DNA of 48,317 bases from Sulfolobales archaeon (lineage in GTDB: Archaea; Thermoproteota; Thermoprotei_A; Sulfolobales; AG1). The position numbers were made by a program, and so were the translations under genes. The notes under the pieces were generated by a model, which saw only the letters and a program-made list of their open reading frames with translations, did no database searches and was not told the origin of the DNA. Position 1 is the first letter of the stretch. Every line of letters begins with the position of its first letter. The stretch covers positions 1 through 48,317 of the forward strand of contig JAWBYA010000009.1 in NCBI GenBank assembly GCA_038867615.1, read 5' to 3'. Below, piece by piece: positions 10,552 to 19,985 of the stretch.

Positions 10552-10943
10552 TGGCAAAGGGATCTTTTGGGAACCCCTGGCTAGCATATGGAGCAGCACT
10601 GGCAACAGCCGCCGGGTTTTCAATTGTGGCGGTAATTTTAGCCCTGATAGCTAGCCAGTCATCTCTGTTGTTGCAACAGCTTGAGATGCAGCAGCTCCAA
10701 GCATTTAATGCTAAGGAGTTTGGAGAGAGGATGGGTAGGTTCATTGGTGCTGGTCTAGCGCTTGGCTTAGCTGGCGTAGGTGCTGGTATAGCTGTCGGCC
10801 TAGCTGGTGCAGCAGCTATAAGCGCCTTTACGGAGAAGCCCGAGGTATTTGGAAGATCATTCCTTATAGTGGTTCTAGGTGAAGGAATAGCCATATATGG
10901 AATAGCGATAGCGATCCTGGTATTGATCTTAGGAGTACCATAG
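10551..10943 (+). CDS. atpK: A1A0 ATP synthase proteolipid subunit K (c) with N-terminal extension
   Basis: Gly/Ala-rich hairpin, EKPE loop, LGEGIAIYG with the ion-binding Glu. Confidence 0.95.
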   Translation: MAKGSFGNPWLAYGAALATAAGFSIVAVILALIASQSSLLLQQLEMQQLQAFNAKEFGERMGRFIGAGLALGLAGVGAGIAVGLAGAAAISAFTEKPEVFGRSFLIVVLGEGIAIYGIAIAILVLILGVP

Positions 10944-11002
10944 GTTAGTGCTAGTATATAGAATATTGGTGTTTTTATAAAATAATTTAAAAAGCTATCT
11001 CG

Positions 11003-12007
11003 TTATATGGAAAGCATTTTTTTGATCAGATCGCTTGAAAATCCGGCTTTTTTCCCATTTATAATGGTGATTATATCTTCTATATCAAGCATTCTTATCC
11101 TTATCGATGCCCATATAACCTTGGGGTCGAATGGGTAGGAGATCATTGCATTATAGCACTTATCTCTCACGGTTCTTCTAATATGTTTCCTTATGTTGAT
11201 AAGGGAGTTCTCAAGATCTTTCTGGACAAGTGTAGATCCATATATCTTTTTCAAGGTGTTGAGGATTGCTTCCTCGTTAACATAGCTATATAGATCCTCG
11301 ATCTCGGATTTGCTTACGGAGCAAGCTAGTTGTGAGAGCTCTTCAGCGCCTATATAGTCCTTTAATCTTTCTCTAGAGAGCCGTATAGCAGTGTTGATCA
11401 CTATGTAATCGTTCTCAGGACATACCATTTCTGCCAGTGAGGGGAAATCTTCTACGATCCTTGATAGGCTTTTTACCAACCCCAAGTCTGTAGCTATGGG
11501 GATGGCTTTTCTCGCATCAACAGCCTTAGTTAGGGTATTGTATGTTGTGACAAAATCCTTCATACCTATGCGTGACATATACTCCAGCAGCTTAGTAATT
11601 GATCTCTCTTCAACAGCTATCCTATATGCTTCTCCTAGTCTTGTGTCTTCGAAGAGTTTTAGGTCTATGTTTAGCGATGTACCAGATACGATCGACTGGA
11701 AGATCGATGAGAAGATCCTGTTTTCGATCATTAATAACCCATGCTCAGCGATAGATCTATAGCTTTTATCGACCAGCCCTAAAAGAGGGGCCAGAGATTT
11801 GTAGAGGCCCAGATAGAGTGAGAGCTCGAGTAGATCTATTTGTTCAACCGGTACATTTCTTATATATGCGTAGTAGCTGCTCTCCCTGAGATAGTTTATA
11901 GCATCGGTAACGCTACCAGCATTTGCTGCATCTTCTATAATATCTCTGCTAAGCCTCCCTGCATAGATGAGTCTTGCCCTTACAGCTGCATAGATATCCC
12001 AGTCCAT
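11003..12007 (-). CDS. atpC: A1A0 ATP synthase subunit C (d)
   Basis: YAAVRAR N-terminus, YLRESSY, DIEDIITIINGKKAG C-terminus; about 330 aa next to the ATPase operon. Confidence 0.85.
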   Translation of the reverse strand: MDWDIYAAVRARLIYAGRLSRDIIEDAANAGSVTDAINYLRESSYYAYIRNVPVEQIDLLELSLYLGLYKSLAPLLGLVDKSYRSIAEHGLLMIENRIFSSIFQSIVSGTSLNIDLKLFEDTRLGEAYRIAVEERSITKLLEYMSRIGMKDFVTTYNTLTKAVDARKAIPIATDLGLVKSLSRIVEDFPSLAEMVCPENDYIVINTAIRLSRERLKDYIGAEELSQLACSVSKSEIEDLYSYVNEEAILNTLKKIYGSTLVQKDLENSLINIRKHIRRTVRDKCYNAMISYPFDPKVIWASIRIRMLDIEDIITIINGKKAGFSSDLIKKMLSI

Positions 12008-12148
12008 TTAAAGCCCCGCTAGACAATAGAACCTCTAGTCTTAAAAATTGGGTAGATGGTGTGTATAGCTAGCCAATCATATTCAGAACTAAGGGTGGGG
12101 CGATTCGTTATGTATTATATCGTTAAGTTTTGGGAGGGCTGGATTTGG

Positions 12149-12487
12149 TTATAAGGTTCTCTTTCCGCGCACTATTTCTGAGAGGGTTTTAAGGCCTTCC
12201 TCAACAGCTTTTGAATAGTTATTTTCTGCTGTTCTGTCTATTTCTGCAAGGATCTTAGTGATCTCTTCCTCTCTATATTTTTCAAGCTGTTTTAGTTCTT
12301 TCTCAAGTTTTTCTTCTAAACTTTTTATAATTATCTCTGCATTTTCTTCCATGCTTCTTAGTGTTCTTTCTAATACTGACGATATGTTTTTGGTTATCTC
12401 CTCTCTATCGATTTCTCGACGGTTTAGGATCTCCTCAAGTTCTTTCTCTAGTTCAGCAAGGATCCCGAGGATCTTGTCGATTTTTAT
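12149..12487 (-). CDS. Probable ATP synthase peripheral-stalk subunit H (G-like); non-canonical ATA start proposed
   Basis: The frame stays open and E/K-rich coiled-coil for 45 codons upstream of the called ATG 12352; GGTGG precedes ATA 12487; gives 112 aa, upstream of atpC. Confidence 0.6.
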   Translation of the reverse strand: MKIDKILGILAELEKELEEILNRREIDREEITKNISSVLERTLRSMEENAEIIIKSLEEKLEKELKQLEKYREEEITKILAEIDRTAENNYSKAVEEGLKTLSEIVRGKRTL

Positions 12488-12489
12488 CG

Positions 12490-13296
12490 CTAACCACCAA
12501 TTGATTTATCCGATGAGTCTTTTAAGTGCTTTTTAGCAGTAACTATGAAACCTGTATGGGCTATCATTCTAGTAGAGGGCCTGACGGCATTTTCCTTAAG
12601 CTCGATAGGTCTCTCGAGGATCTCTACGCACTCTATATACCCCCACCCCTTATGTTCCATTAAGGTTGCGTGTAGCTTTAGGAGCTGGTTAAAGGTTGGT
12701 GTGAAGAAAGCAGCTGGCGATCCTGGCTTAAGTGCGTTATATACTACATCAACAACCCTCCATGGATCCCCTATATCTATGAACGCGGCGTCTAGATCCT
12801 TTTCATCAACTCCCTGAGTAGCGTCTCTGATCTTTAGTTCGACGTATCTATCCATACCGATCCTTCTTAGGTTTTCTAGAGCTATCCTAGCCATATCCTC
12901 TCTAATCTCGTAGGCATATACCCTTCCCTCAGGCCTTACTAGGTTTGCTATGAGGGCTGTCATTACACCTGAACCCACACCTATCTCCAGGATCTTTTTT
13001 CCAGGCGATATATCGAGCATAAGTATAGCATAGCCAGCATCTTTTGGATATATCACTTGGGATGGTCTTGAGAAGACTGAGTATACTAGGTCGCAGGTGG
13101 TGGGTTTATAGATATAAGCCATAGCCCCGATACTTGTTGTTACTCTAACGCCATATGTAGAGCCCATGAGTCCGCCGAGATCTATTGTTCCCTTGTCGCT
13201 TGAGTATTTTGCCTTATTACTAACCCTCAGGATCTTTCTCCTTTTCCTATCTATATAGAGTAGGATCCACGAACCCTCTGCTATTTCTTCAACCAT
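12490..13296 (-). CDS. trmI: tRNA (adenine-57/58-N1)-methyltransferase
   Basis: SQVIYPKD, LEIGVGSG, YEIRED, DIGDPW, RPSTRMIAHTGF. Confidence 0.95.
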   Translation of the reverse strand: MVEEIAEGSWILLYIDRKRRKILRVSNKAKYSSDKGTIDLGGLMGSTYGVRVTTSIGAMAYIYKPTTCDLVYSVFSRPSQVIYPKDAGYAILMLDISPGKKILEIGVGSGVMTALIANLVRPEGRVYAYEIREDMARIALENLRRIGMDRYVELKIRDATQGVDEKDLDAAFIDIGDPWRVVDVVYNALKPGSPAAFFTPTFNQLLKLHATLMEHKGWGYIECVEILERPIELKENAVRPSTRMIAHTGFIVTAKKHLKDSSDKSIGG

Positions 13297-13345
13297 ACCT
13301 TTGACATCACCACCAAAGAACGGGTTAGCGGGTTATTGGTAAATA

Positions 13346-13403
13346 AAGATCAGTTCTGGTGTCACTCCTCATCGTATCAGAAATACCTGCCTTCATCACC
13401 CGC
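13346..13403 (-). ncRNA. Box C/D guide sRNA
   Basis: Minus strand reads GTGATGA (C) - AGGCAGGTATTT - CTGA (D') - tacg - ATGAGGA (C') - GTGACACCAGAA - CTGA (D); two 12-nt guides; the D guide pairs 10 nt with 16S 47784-47793. Confidence 0.9.
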
Positions 13404-13414
13404 TATTTCTGGAA

Positions 13415-13786
13415 CTAGGATGCGGAGGGTTGTTGAGGAGCCTTCACAGGTATGTATATATGGGTTCTCCTGCTCTTAGCGATAAGCGATACGAGCCCCT
13501 CTCTCTCAAGGGATCTTAGGACGGCTTTTGCTAATGATACTTGTATGGAGTATTTCTGGGCTATAACGGCTGGGGTTACCACGCTTAGCTCCTGGAGTTC
13601 TTTTCCTATTTTTGCGTATAGCGAGGCGTCTATGTTGAGGGTTGAGGATACGGCGACATAGCTTTCAGCTTTTTTGGGCTTTTTCTCTTCCTTAGGCTTC
13701 TTCTCCTTCTCCTCTAACAAGCGTTTTTGCCTCTTCTCCATCACAGAGAGCGGTTTCTTCCCTTTAGAACCCATTCTACTCCCCAT
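13415..13786 (-). CDS. rps25e: 30S ribosomal protein S25e
   Basis: Lys-rich N-terminus and winged helix VVTPAVIAQKYSIQVSLAKAVLRSLEREG. Confidence 0.92.
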   Translation of the reverse strand: MGSRMGSKGKKPLSVMEKRQKRLLEEKEKKPKEEKKPKKAESYVAVSSTLNIDASLYAKIGKELQELSVVTPAVIAQKYSIQVSLAKAVLRSLEREGLVSLIAKSRRTHIYIPVKAPQQPSAS

Positions 13787-13890
13787 GATACTATTGGTTA
13801 GCTAGAAAAAATAATAGAGGGTTTGTAAAACTGTAAAAACCAAACCAGGGCTTAAACATCGAGATGTTGTTTGTCACCAGCTTCCTGGGA

Positions 13891-15051
13891 CTATCTCTCG
13901 GTTATTGGTATGTATTTCTTATCTAGCTCGCCTACGTAGTAGTCGAGAGGCCTTATCAGTCTGTTATCCTGCACATATTCTATCACTTTTGCTGTCCATC
14001 CAACGGTTCTGGATGCTGCGAATGTTAAGGTGAATAGCTCTGGGGGTATCTTTAGTGCTGTATAGGCTATCGGTGTGTAGTAATCGATGTTGGGCTGTAT
14101 ATCTGTTCTCCCCCTTGCTTCGAATTCCTTGAGAGCGATCTCTTCTAGCTTTATCGCGATCTTGTAAAGCTTCTCAGGCTCTCCGCCGTATTTATTGGCT
14201 ATCTCTCCGTCAAGCTCCTTCATGATCTTTGCCCTCGGGTCGTATGACTTGTAAACCCTATGACCCATCCCCATGATCCTTCTCCTAGCCTTGAGAGCCT
14301 CTTGAACCCATGCCTCAACCCTCTCAGGCTCTCCTATCTCTTTGAACTGGTAGTATGCAGCTTCGGCGGCTCCTCCATGTAGTGGTCCTTTGAGTGTCGA
14401 GATCCCAGTTACTACTGCGGAGTATATGTCTGCGAGTGTTGATGCTGTTACTAGTGAGGCGAATGAGGATGCGTTCATCCCGTGCTCTGCGTGGAGGATG
14501 AATATCGTGTCCATCACCTTAGCCTCGAACTCGGAGGGGACTTTTCCGTGTAACATGTAGAGGAAGTTCTCGGCGTGACCAAGATCTTTTCTAGGCTCTA
14601 TAGGTTCCAGACCCCTGGAAACCCGGTAGATGAGGGCCACTAGTGTTGGCATCTTCGATACAAGCCTCACAGCCTTTCTTATGTTAGCCTCCCGAGTACC
14701 TACATATAATTCGGGATCATGAATGGATATATAGGACACACATGTTCTAAGGATATCCATTGGGTGAGCGTTTCTCAACGCCATTTTCTTAACAATATCG
14801 GCAACCTCTTGGGGAACTTCTCTTGCTTCGCGCATGAATGCTCTGAACAGTTCGAATTCCTCTTTCTTAGGAAGTCTGTAGAAGTAGAGGAGGAAGGCTA
14901 CCTCTTCATAGTTTGAGAATGCAACCAGATCCTCAATCCTATACCCGACATAGTATAGCCTGGAATTAAGACCATCTATATAGCTTAACCTGGTTTCAGA
15001 CACATATACGCCTTCTAAACCCTTGATTATCTGGGGTTTAGAGCTGGACAA
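13891..15051 (-). CDS. gltA: Citrate synthase / 2-methylcitrate synthase family
   Basis: KGLEGV, HAEHGMNAS, KGPLHGGA, GMGHRVYK, PNID; start moved to TTG 15051 after GGTGGGG. Confidence 0.92.
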   Translation of the reverse strand: MSSSKPQIIKGLEGVYVSETRLSYIDGLNSRLYYVGYRIEDLVAFSNYEEVAFLLYFYRLPKKEEFELFRAFMREAREVPQEVADIVKKMALRNAHPMDILRTCVSYISIHDPELYVGTREANIRKAVRLVSKMPTLVALIYRVSRGLEPIEPRKDLGHAENFLYMLHGKVPSEFEAKVMDTIFILHAEHGMNASSFASLVTASTLADIYSAVVTGISTLKGPLHGGAAEAAYYQFKEIGEPERVEAWVQEALKARRRIMGMGHRVYKSYDPRAKIMKELDGEIANKYGGEPEKLYKIAIKLEEIALKEFEARGRTDIQPNIDYYTPIAYTALKIPPELFTLTFAASRTVGWTAKVIEYVQDNRLIRPLDYYVGELDKKYIPITER

Positions 15052-15369
15052 GACGCCCCACCAGTATAAGTATGGTTTAGGCAAAAATATATTCACATAA
15101 CTGGCGGGTTCTGATATAGGCTTTTTCTCCTTGTCGAAAGGTCGGTATATTACAATCAATATTATAACTATAATTTCTATTATATAGTATCTACTATTTA
15201 ACTAATGTATTAATAGTGTTTTGAATTAGTTTATCTCAACATCTGCGGGTGTGATGCCTGGTTTAGCGGCTCTGCAGTATCGAGCGCTAGAGAATGTTAA
15301 TATGGCCTCATGTTAGAGAAGCAATAGGTGTTAGGCTATGCTAAAGCTACATGGCGTGATTATGTTTAG

Positions 15370-16224
15370 CTAGGGTTTTTGATCAGGATTCGATGAAACC
15401 CAGCGTCTCAGATCGTTTAGAAATCTAACCACATCATCTGTGCTATCTACATAGTATTCAGCGTTAGTGCTGCACCTATAGCCGACCCTTACACCCATAC
15501 CTTTCCCTCTCAATAGCTTGAAACCGTTTTCATCACTTTTATCGTCACCGAAATATATGGGAACCATGTTGTTTGTACTTAAACCAGTTTTTGTTGATAG
15601 TACCGCTAACACATAGTCTATAGCTTTGCCCTTATCCCAGCCTGTGTTTGGAAGTACCTCTAATATTTTTTTGCCTTTTGAGAGTTTTACCCCATAGTAT
15701 TCTGAGGATATTCTCGATACTTGTTCGAGGATCTCTCTGGATCTATCTCTATCAACCCCTCGGTAGTGTATCGATAAAGCTACGCCTTTATCCTCAACTA
15801 CTACGCCCTCAACTTTGGAGAGCGTCTCAATGATCCTGTCCCTTATATCTTTAATGACGTTTTTAAACCCTTCTAAGGCGCTATGTATATACTCGATGTC
15901 CGGTCCTCTTATTATATGGCCGTGGACTCCTATGTAGTGGATGTTATCTATGCCTACAAGCCTTTTTAAGGATTCCACGGTTCTTCCGCTTATGATGAAG
16001 ATCCTTATTTTGTTTTGTTTGGATAGCTCGTAGATTATATTCCTAGAAGTCTCGCTAAGGGGTCTCTCTAGCTTAGTTACTCTCCTCGGTATCGGGCTTA
16101 GTGTTCCATCGTAGTCGAGAAAGATAGCTACTAGTTGCGAGTTACTGACTCTGGCGATTACTTCCTTCAACCCGCTTGAGAGCAGATGTTTTGGGCATCG
16201 CTTTTCATTACCTTGGGCTTTCAT
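15370..16224 (-). CDS. otsB: Trehalose-6-phosphate phosphatase (HAD IIB)
   Basis: FLDYDGTLSPI, ISGR, EDKG..SIHYR, WDKGKA, GDDKSDE. Confidence 0.9.
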   Translation of the reverse strand: MKAQGNEKRCPKHLLSSGLKEVIARVSNSQLVAIFLDYDGTLSPIPRRVTKLERPLSETSRNIIYELSKQNKIRIFIISGRTVESLKRLVGIDNIHYIGVHGHIIRGPDIEYIHSALEGFKNVIKDIRDRIIETLSKVEGVVVEDKGVALSIHYRGVDRDRSREILEQVSRISSEYYGVKLSKGKKILEVLPNTGWDKGKAIDYVLAVLSTKTGLSTNNMVPIYFGDDKSDENGFKLLRGKGMGVRVGYRCSTNAEYYVDSTDDVVRFLNDLRRWVSSNPDQKP

Positions 16225-17042
16225 CTGCTATCACGGTTAATATCTTCTTCGAAGTATTTTGAGGGGAATCTGAGGAGATTCCACTCGGGTTTGGAGTACT
16301 TGGCATTATATAGCTTTCGGGCTAGGTTTAACTCCTCCTTAGATGGTAGGTCTATAACAGCTTTCTTGCCAAGGATCTTTGAGTATGCCTTTATAATGGC
16401 GTCGATTATATCGCTCATATGGAATCTCTTTCCAAGAGCATCGTTTAGATTGGCTACCCTGTACTTTACCTCGGATATCTTTTTATCTGCAAGCTTTGCT
16501 CTTGATACTTTCAAAACGCTGCTAAGGATCTCTAGATCTGTTTCTACCAAGAGGGTTCCGTGGAGAAGATAGTAGTTTTCGGTAAGAGTGGCTGCCGTAC
16601 CCGATACCTTTCTCCTACCTGATGGCGTGTCTATCACTACGTCATTAACGTTCTCTATATATGCATTAACGCCCAAGATCCTCAGGGCTTCTACGAAGCC
16701 GCTAAGCAGATCCCCATAGAGAAACTTAGTCCCACCGCCAGTAGGGCCTTTAACTGCTATTGACCATACAAGGCATCCGAGGTCGTGGTAGACAGCCCCG
16801 CCTCCGGTGAATCTCCTCACAATATCGATACCCTTCTCCTTAGCCCTCTCGAAATTCACTTCCTCCTCAGCTAGCTGGAAGTATCCTAGGATCACAGCAT
16901 TTCTATGCCTCCAGATCCTCAGGGTATCTGGGATTAGGTTTGATCTTAGGGATCTCCACATCGCCTCCTCAAAAGCCAGACTCTTATACGGATCATCAGG
17001 GCTCTCATATATGAGAACCCTGAGCTCCCTCTGCTCTAGCAA
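16221..17042 (-). CDS. lplA: Lipoate-protein ligase catalytic subunit
   Basis: RRFTGGGAVYHD, ND, KVSGTA, HGTLL. Confidence 0.92.
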   Translation of the reverse strand: MLEQRELRVLIYESPDDPYKSLAFEEAMWRSLRSNLIPDTLRIWRHRNAVILGYFQLAEEEVNFERAKEKGIDIVRRFTGGGAVYHDLGCLVWSIAVKGPTGGGTKFLYGDLLSGFVEALRILGVNAYIENVNDVVIDTPSGRRKVSGTAATLTENYYLLHGTLLVETDLEILSSVLKVSRAKLADKKISEVKYRVANLNDALGKRFHMSDIIDAIIKAYSKILGKKAVIDLPSKEELNLARKLYNAKYSKPEWNLLRFPSKYFEEDINRDSR

Positions 17043-17353
17043 ACCTCACCAGCCTCTTTAACTGCACTAATTATAGCTGTTTTAAAGTCATCAACGCTAG
17101 ATCCCACGCTTTCTACATGCCCCGATCGGAAGAGATCCTCAACAACTCTACCTATAGCAGCTGGTTCCGCCTTTAACCCTCGGATCTTCTGCTCGAGCTC
17201 GTATACGAAGTCCTCTGGGTATATGAAGAAATCCCCGGCTATTCTTATATCCTCTATTACCCCATCAACAACCTTGACGGTAACTCTTATCAACCCCTTG
17301 GGCGCTTTGTACTCATATATGCCGATTCTCAGGGGCGAGCCGCCCTCCACCAT
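17036..17353 (-). CDS. lplB: Lipoate-protein ligase accessory subunit (stand-alone C-terminal domain)
   Basis: KAPKGLIRV, IAGDFFIYPE; overlaps the lplA start. Confidence 0.85.
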   Translation of the reverse strand: MVEGGSPLRIGIYEYKAPKGLIRVTVKVVDGVIEDIRIAGDFFIYPEDFVYELEQKIRGLKAEPAAIGRVVEDLFRSGHVESVGSSVDDFKTAIISAVKEAGEVC

Positions 17354-17633
17354 ATCCTCACATCAGGGATTTTAAGCGTTATAACTTTCCTTGAGGGGTT
17401 CTGTATTGTTTATTAATATCCGTATAGAGCAGCGGAAAGCTTGTGGTATTTGCTATGGTTTTGTTACTACCTCTGATGACTATGGGTATTGAGATATGTC
17501 TTGTCATAGCCCGTGAACCCGATCTAGGATCATTAGCCTTGTTCATCGATGTATCGATGTACTGCTTATGTTGGTGAGGCATTTTCTGGAGTGAAATCCC
17601 TATTAACCTTTGAAAACACTCTCCTTGGGGATT

Positions 17634-18086
17634 GTGGTGATTAAGGCTGAGGACATAATGACTCCAAACCCTATCACCTTAAAGCTTGAGGAGAGTGTCG
17701 CTAAGGCTGCTAAGATAATGTCTGAGAATAGGATAGGTTCTGTGATAATAGTTGATAGTGGTGGAAAGCCTGTGGGGATTGTTACTAGTCATGATATTCT
17801 TGAAAAGGTTGTTGCTAGAGGGCTTAATCCTAATGAGGTGAGTGTTGGTAGGATCATGTCAAGTCCTCTCATATATGTTGATGCTTCAACCCCTATCGAT
17901 AAGGTTATAGAGACAATGATCAGGACGGGTAAGAGGCATATGCCTGTCATGAAGGGGGATAGATTGGTTGGGATCATAGCTGAATATGATATTATAGCCC
18001 TAGGCCCTGAGATCTTCCAGGTTCTCGAGATATTTGAGAGCGCGATGGTTGAGAGGGCTAGGAAGAGAAGAGGCGAAAGGGTCTAG
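17634..18086 (+). CDS. CBS-pair (Bateman) domain protein
   Basis: Two CBS repeats (DIMTPNP..GIVTSHDI; IMSSP..GIIAEYDI); start at GTG 17634 or 17637. Confidence 0.9.
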   Translation: MVIKAEDIMTPNPITLKLEESVAKAAKIMSENRIGSVIIVDSGGKPVGIVTSHDILEKVVARGLNPNEVSVGRIMSSPLIYVDASTPIDKVIETMIRTGKRHMPVMKGDRLVGIIAEYDIIALGPEIFQVLEIFESAMVERARKRRGERV

Positions 18087-18179
18087 TTGTTATAGCCTCT
18101 ATATATGGGATCGTTATTTACATAGATTGGTTAATAGTTATAAATCCCACAGTAATGAATTATTGATGGATGTATTAGA

Positions 18180-18884
18180 ATGATCGTGAAGGATGAGAGG
18201 TATATATGCATAGCTGCGCTTAGGCTTATAAAGAGGAGCGTTAAATATAGCTATCTACAAGAGGTTCTCAAGATACCTGCCCCGGTTTTGTGGAGATATA
18301 TAGCAGGGATCGTTAGACCCACTAGAGAGAGGGCTTCGGAGATACTTAGAACACTTATAGAGAGGGGTGTTGTGAGAGATGTTATAGCTAGGGAGCTAAG
18401 GTTTGTCGACGGCAACGTTGTTGATATGTATAGCCTCGTATATAGAACAGACATCCTATGGCTGGCATCTATCGAGGCTTATTATCGCTTCAAAGACGAG
18501 CAGATAGATGTCGCCCTAACAACAGAGGTTGACGGCATACCGGTAGCTCTTGCCATAGCATCAACCCTGGATCTAGATCTTGTTGTTGCCAAGAGGAGGA
18601 AAGAGCTTGGTTTCAGTGAATTCTATGAGGAGACGTATTTCTCAAGAGACCCGCCAAGCTTGGTTACTCTCTACGTGCCTAAGGAGGGTCTGAAAAAGGG
18701 ATCCAGGGTACTTATAGTTGACGATCTTTTGAGAAGTGGGAGAACACTTAGGGCATTGATCAACATTGTTAGGAACGCCAAAGCGGATCTCGCGGGGATC
18801 TTCTCTTTAGTATCTATAGGCAACGAGTGGAGAGAAGTTATAAAGGATCTCAATATAAGGACGGTGGTTCTTGTTAGCAAATAG
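18180..18884 (+). CDS. Type I phosphoribosyltransferase with N-terminal HTH (PurR/Apt-like)
   Basis: PRPP loop VLIVDDLLRSGRT; N-terminal HTH-like segment (PAPVLWRYIAG..P). Confidence 0.85.
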   Translation: MIVKDERYICIAALRLIKRSVKYSYLQEVLKIPAPVLWRYIAGIVRPTRERASEILRTLIERGVVRDVIARELRFVDGNVVDMYSLVYRTDILWLASIEAYYRFKDEQIDVALTTEVDGIPVALAIASTLDLDLVVAKRRKELGFSEFYEETYFSRDPPSLVTLYVPKEGLKKGSRVLIVDDLLRSGRTLRALINIVRNAKADLAGIFSLVSIGNEWREVIKDLNIRTVVLVSK

Positions 18885-19812
18885 TCTTATAGAGATCGTA
18901 GCATCCTCACTAGCCTCCGGCCTATCCATCGAAGCATCATCATACCCCAAGCCGGGTAATGTGTCCCCTCTAGGGGGTGCTAAGGGTCTTGAACACTGGT
19001 TCTTCCTATCATCGTCAACATCGATCGCTATAGAGCTGTATAAGATTTTACAGGAGGTAGTGGAGACCAAGGGGTGTTTGGAAAGAGGTTTGGGGGAGAA
19101 GATATATAAAGTATACTCTGCATCGTCGAAGCCCCATGGAGGGGGTAATGTGAGCCTTGGCTTCACCATGCTTGTGGTACCTATAGCTATTGGTATTGGC
19201 GATCTTATTAGACATAATGACCTCGGGATCATTAGTGCTGAAGAGGTGTTGAAAAGATCCGTGGGTCTTGCTAGGATTTGTGAGAATTCCGAAGATTCGG
19301 CATGGATCTCGAGAGCTATTCTGGAAGCCTCGCCATCATATATATTTAGATATAGGGGTCAGGGATACGATATCTTGGGCGATCGTAATAGGAGTAGGAG
19401 CTTCTGGGGGTTTGTTGAGGACTTCAGAAGGCATGATCTTATTCTAAATGAGATCTGGAGTGGATATAAGAGGGTGTATAGGGCTTATAATATCATATGT
19501 AGCAACTATCCCTATAACCTCTATGAAGGAGTGGTTATAGCGTTCATAACAATAGGTAGCCAGACCATAGATACGCTTATAGCTAGGAAAAAAGGATACA
19601 AAGTGGCTATGAAGGTCAAGAAGGAGATGGGGAAAATATTATCACTAATAAAACAAGGGTCGTGCTTTTGGAAAGTATATGCGGAAATCCTCGATAAGGA
19701 ACTCAAAGCCTCACAGATCAACCCAGGATCTATAGCAGATATCGTAGCTACAGCAGCAGGGCTGTGTGTGGCCATAAAGACCATAGAAAGGATCGAGAGT
19801 GCTAATCGTTAG
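18871..19812 (+). CDS. CitG-family (triphosphoribosyl-dephospho-CoA synthase-like) protein
   Basis: EASSYPKPGNV, GNVSLG, DTLIARKKG, INPGSIAD. Confidence 0.82.
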   Translation: MLANSLIEIVASSLASGLSIEASSYPKPGNVSPLGGAKGLEHWFFLSSSTSIAIELYKILQEVVETKGCLERGLGEKIYKVYSASSKPHGGGNVSLGFTMLVVPIAIGIGDLIRHNDLGIISAEEVLKRSVGLARICENSEDSAWISRAILEASPSYIFRYRGQGYDILGDRNRSRSFWGFVEDFRRHDLILNEIWSGYKRVYRAYNIICSNYPYNLYEGVVIAFITIGSQTIDTLIARKKGYKVAMKVKKEMGKILSLIKQGSCFWKVYAEILDKELKASQINPGSIADIVATAAGLCVAIKTIERIESANR

Positions 19813-19985
19813 GGTAGTTTTATATTAGCCCGCTCAAGACCTGCCTGCATACCTCTATCAGACTTTTGGGGGTCGAGGCATATTTCCATGAACCGGCTCA
19901 GATTTTGCATTGTTGTATATGGCTATATGTAGTAGTGGCCAAAGACTATTGACATGTAACGATAGATCGAGATCCGTTATACAAG

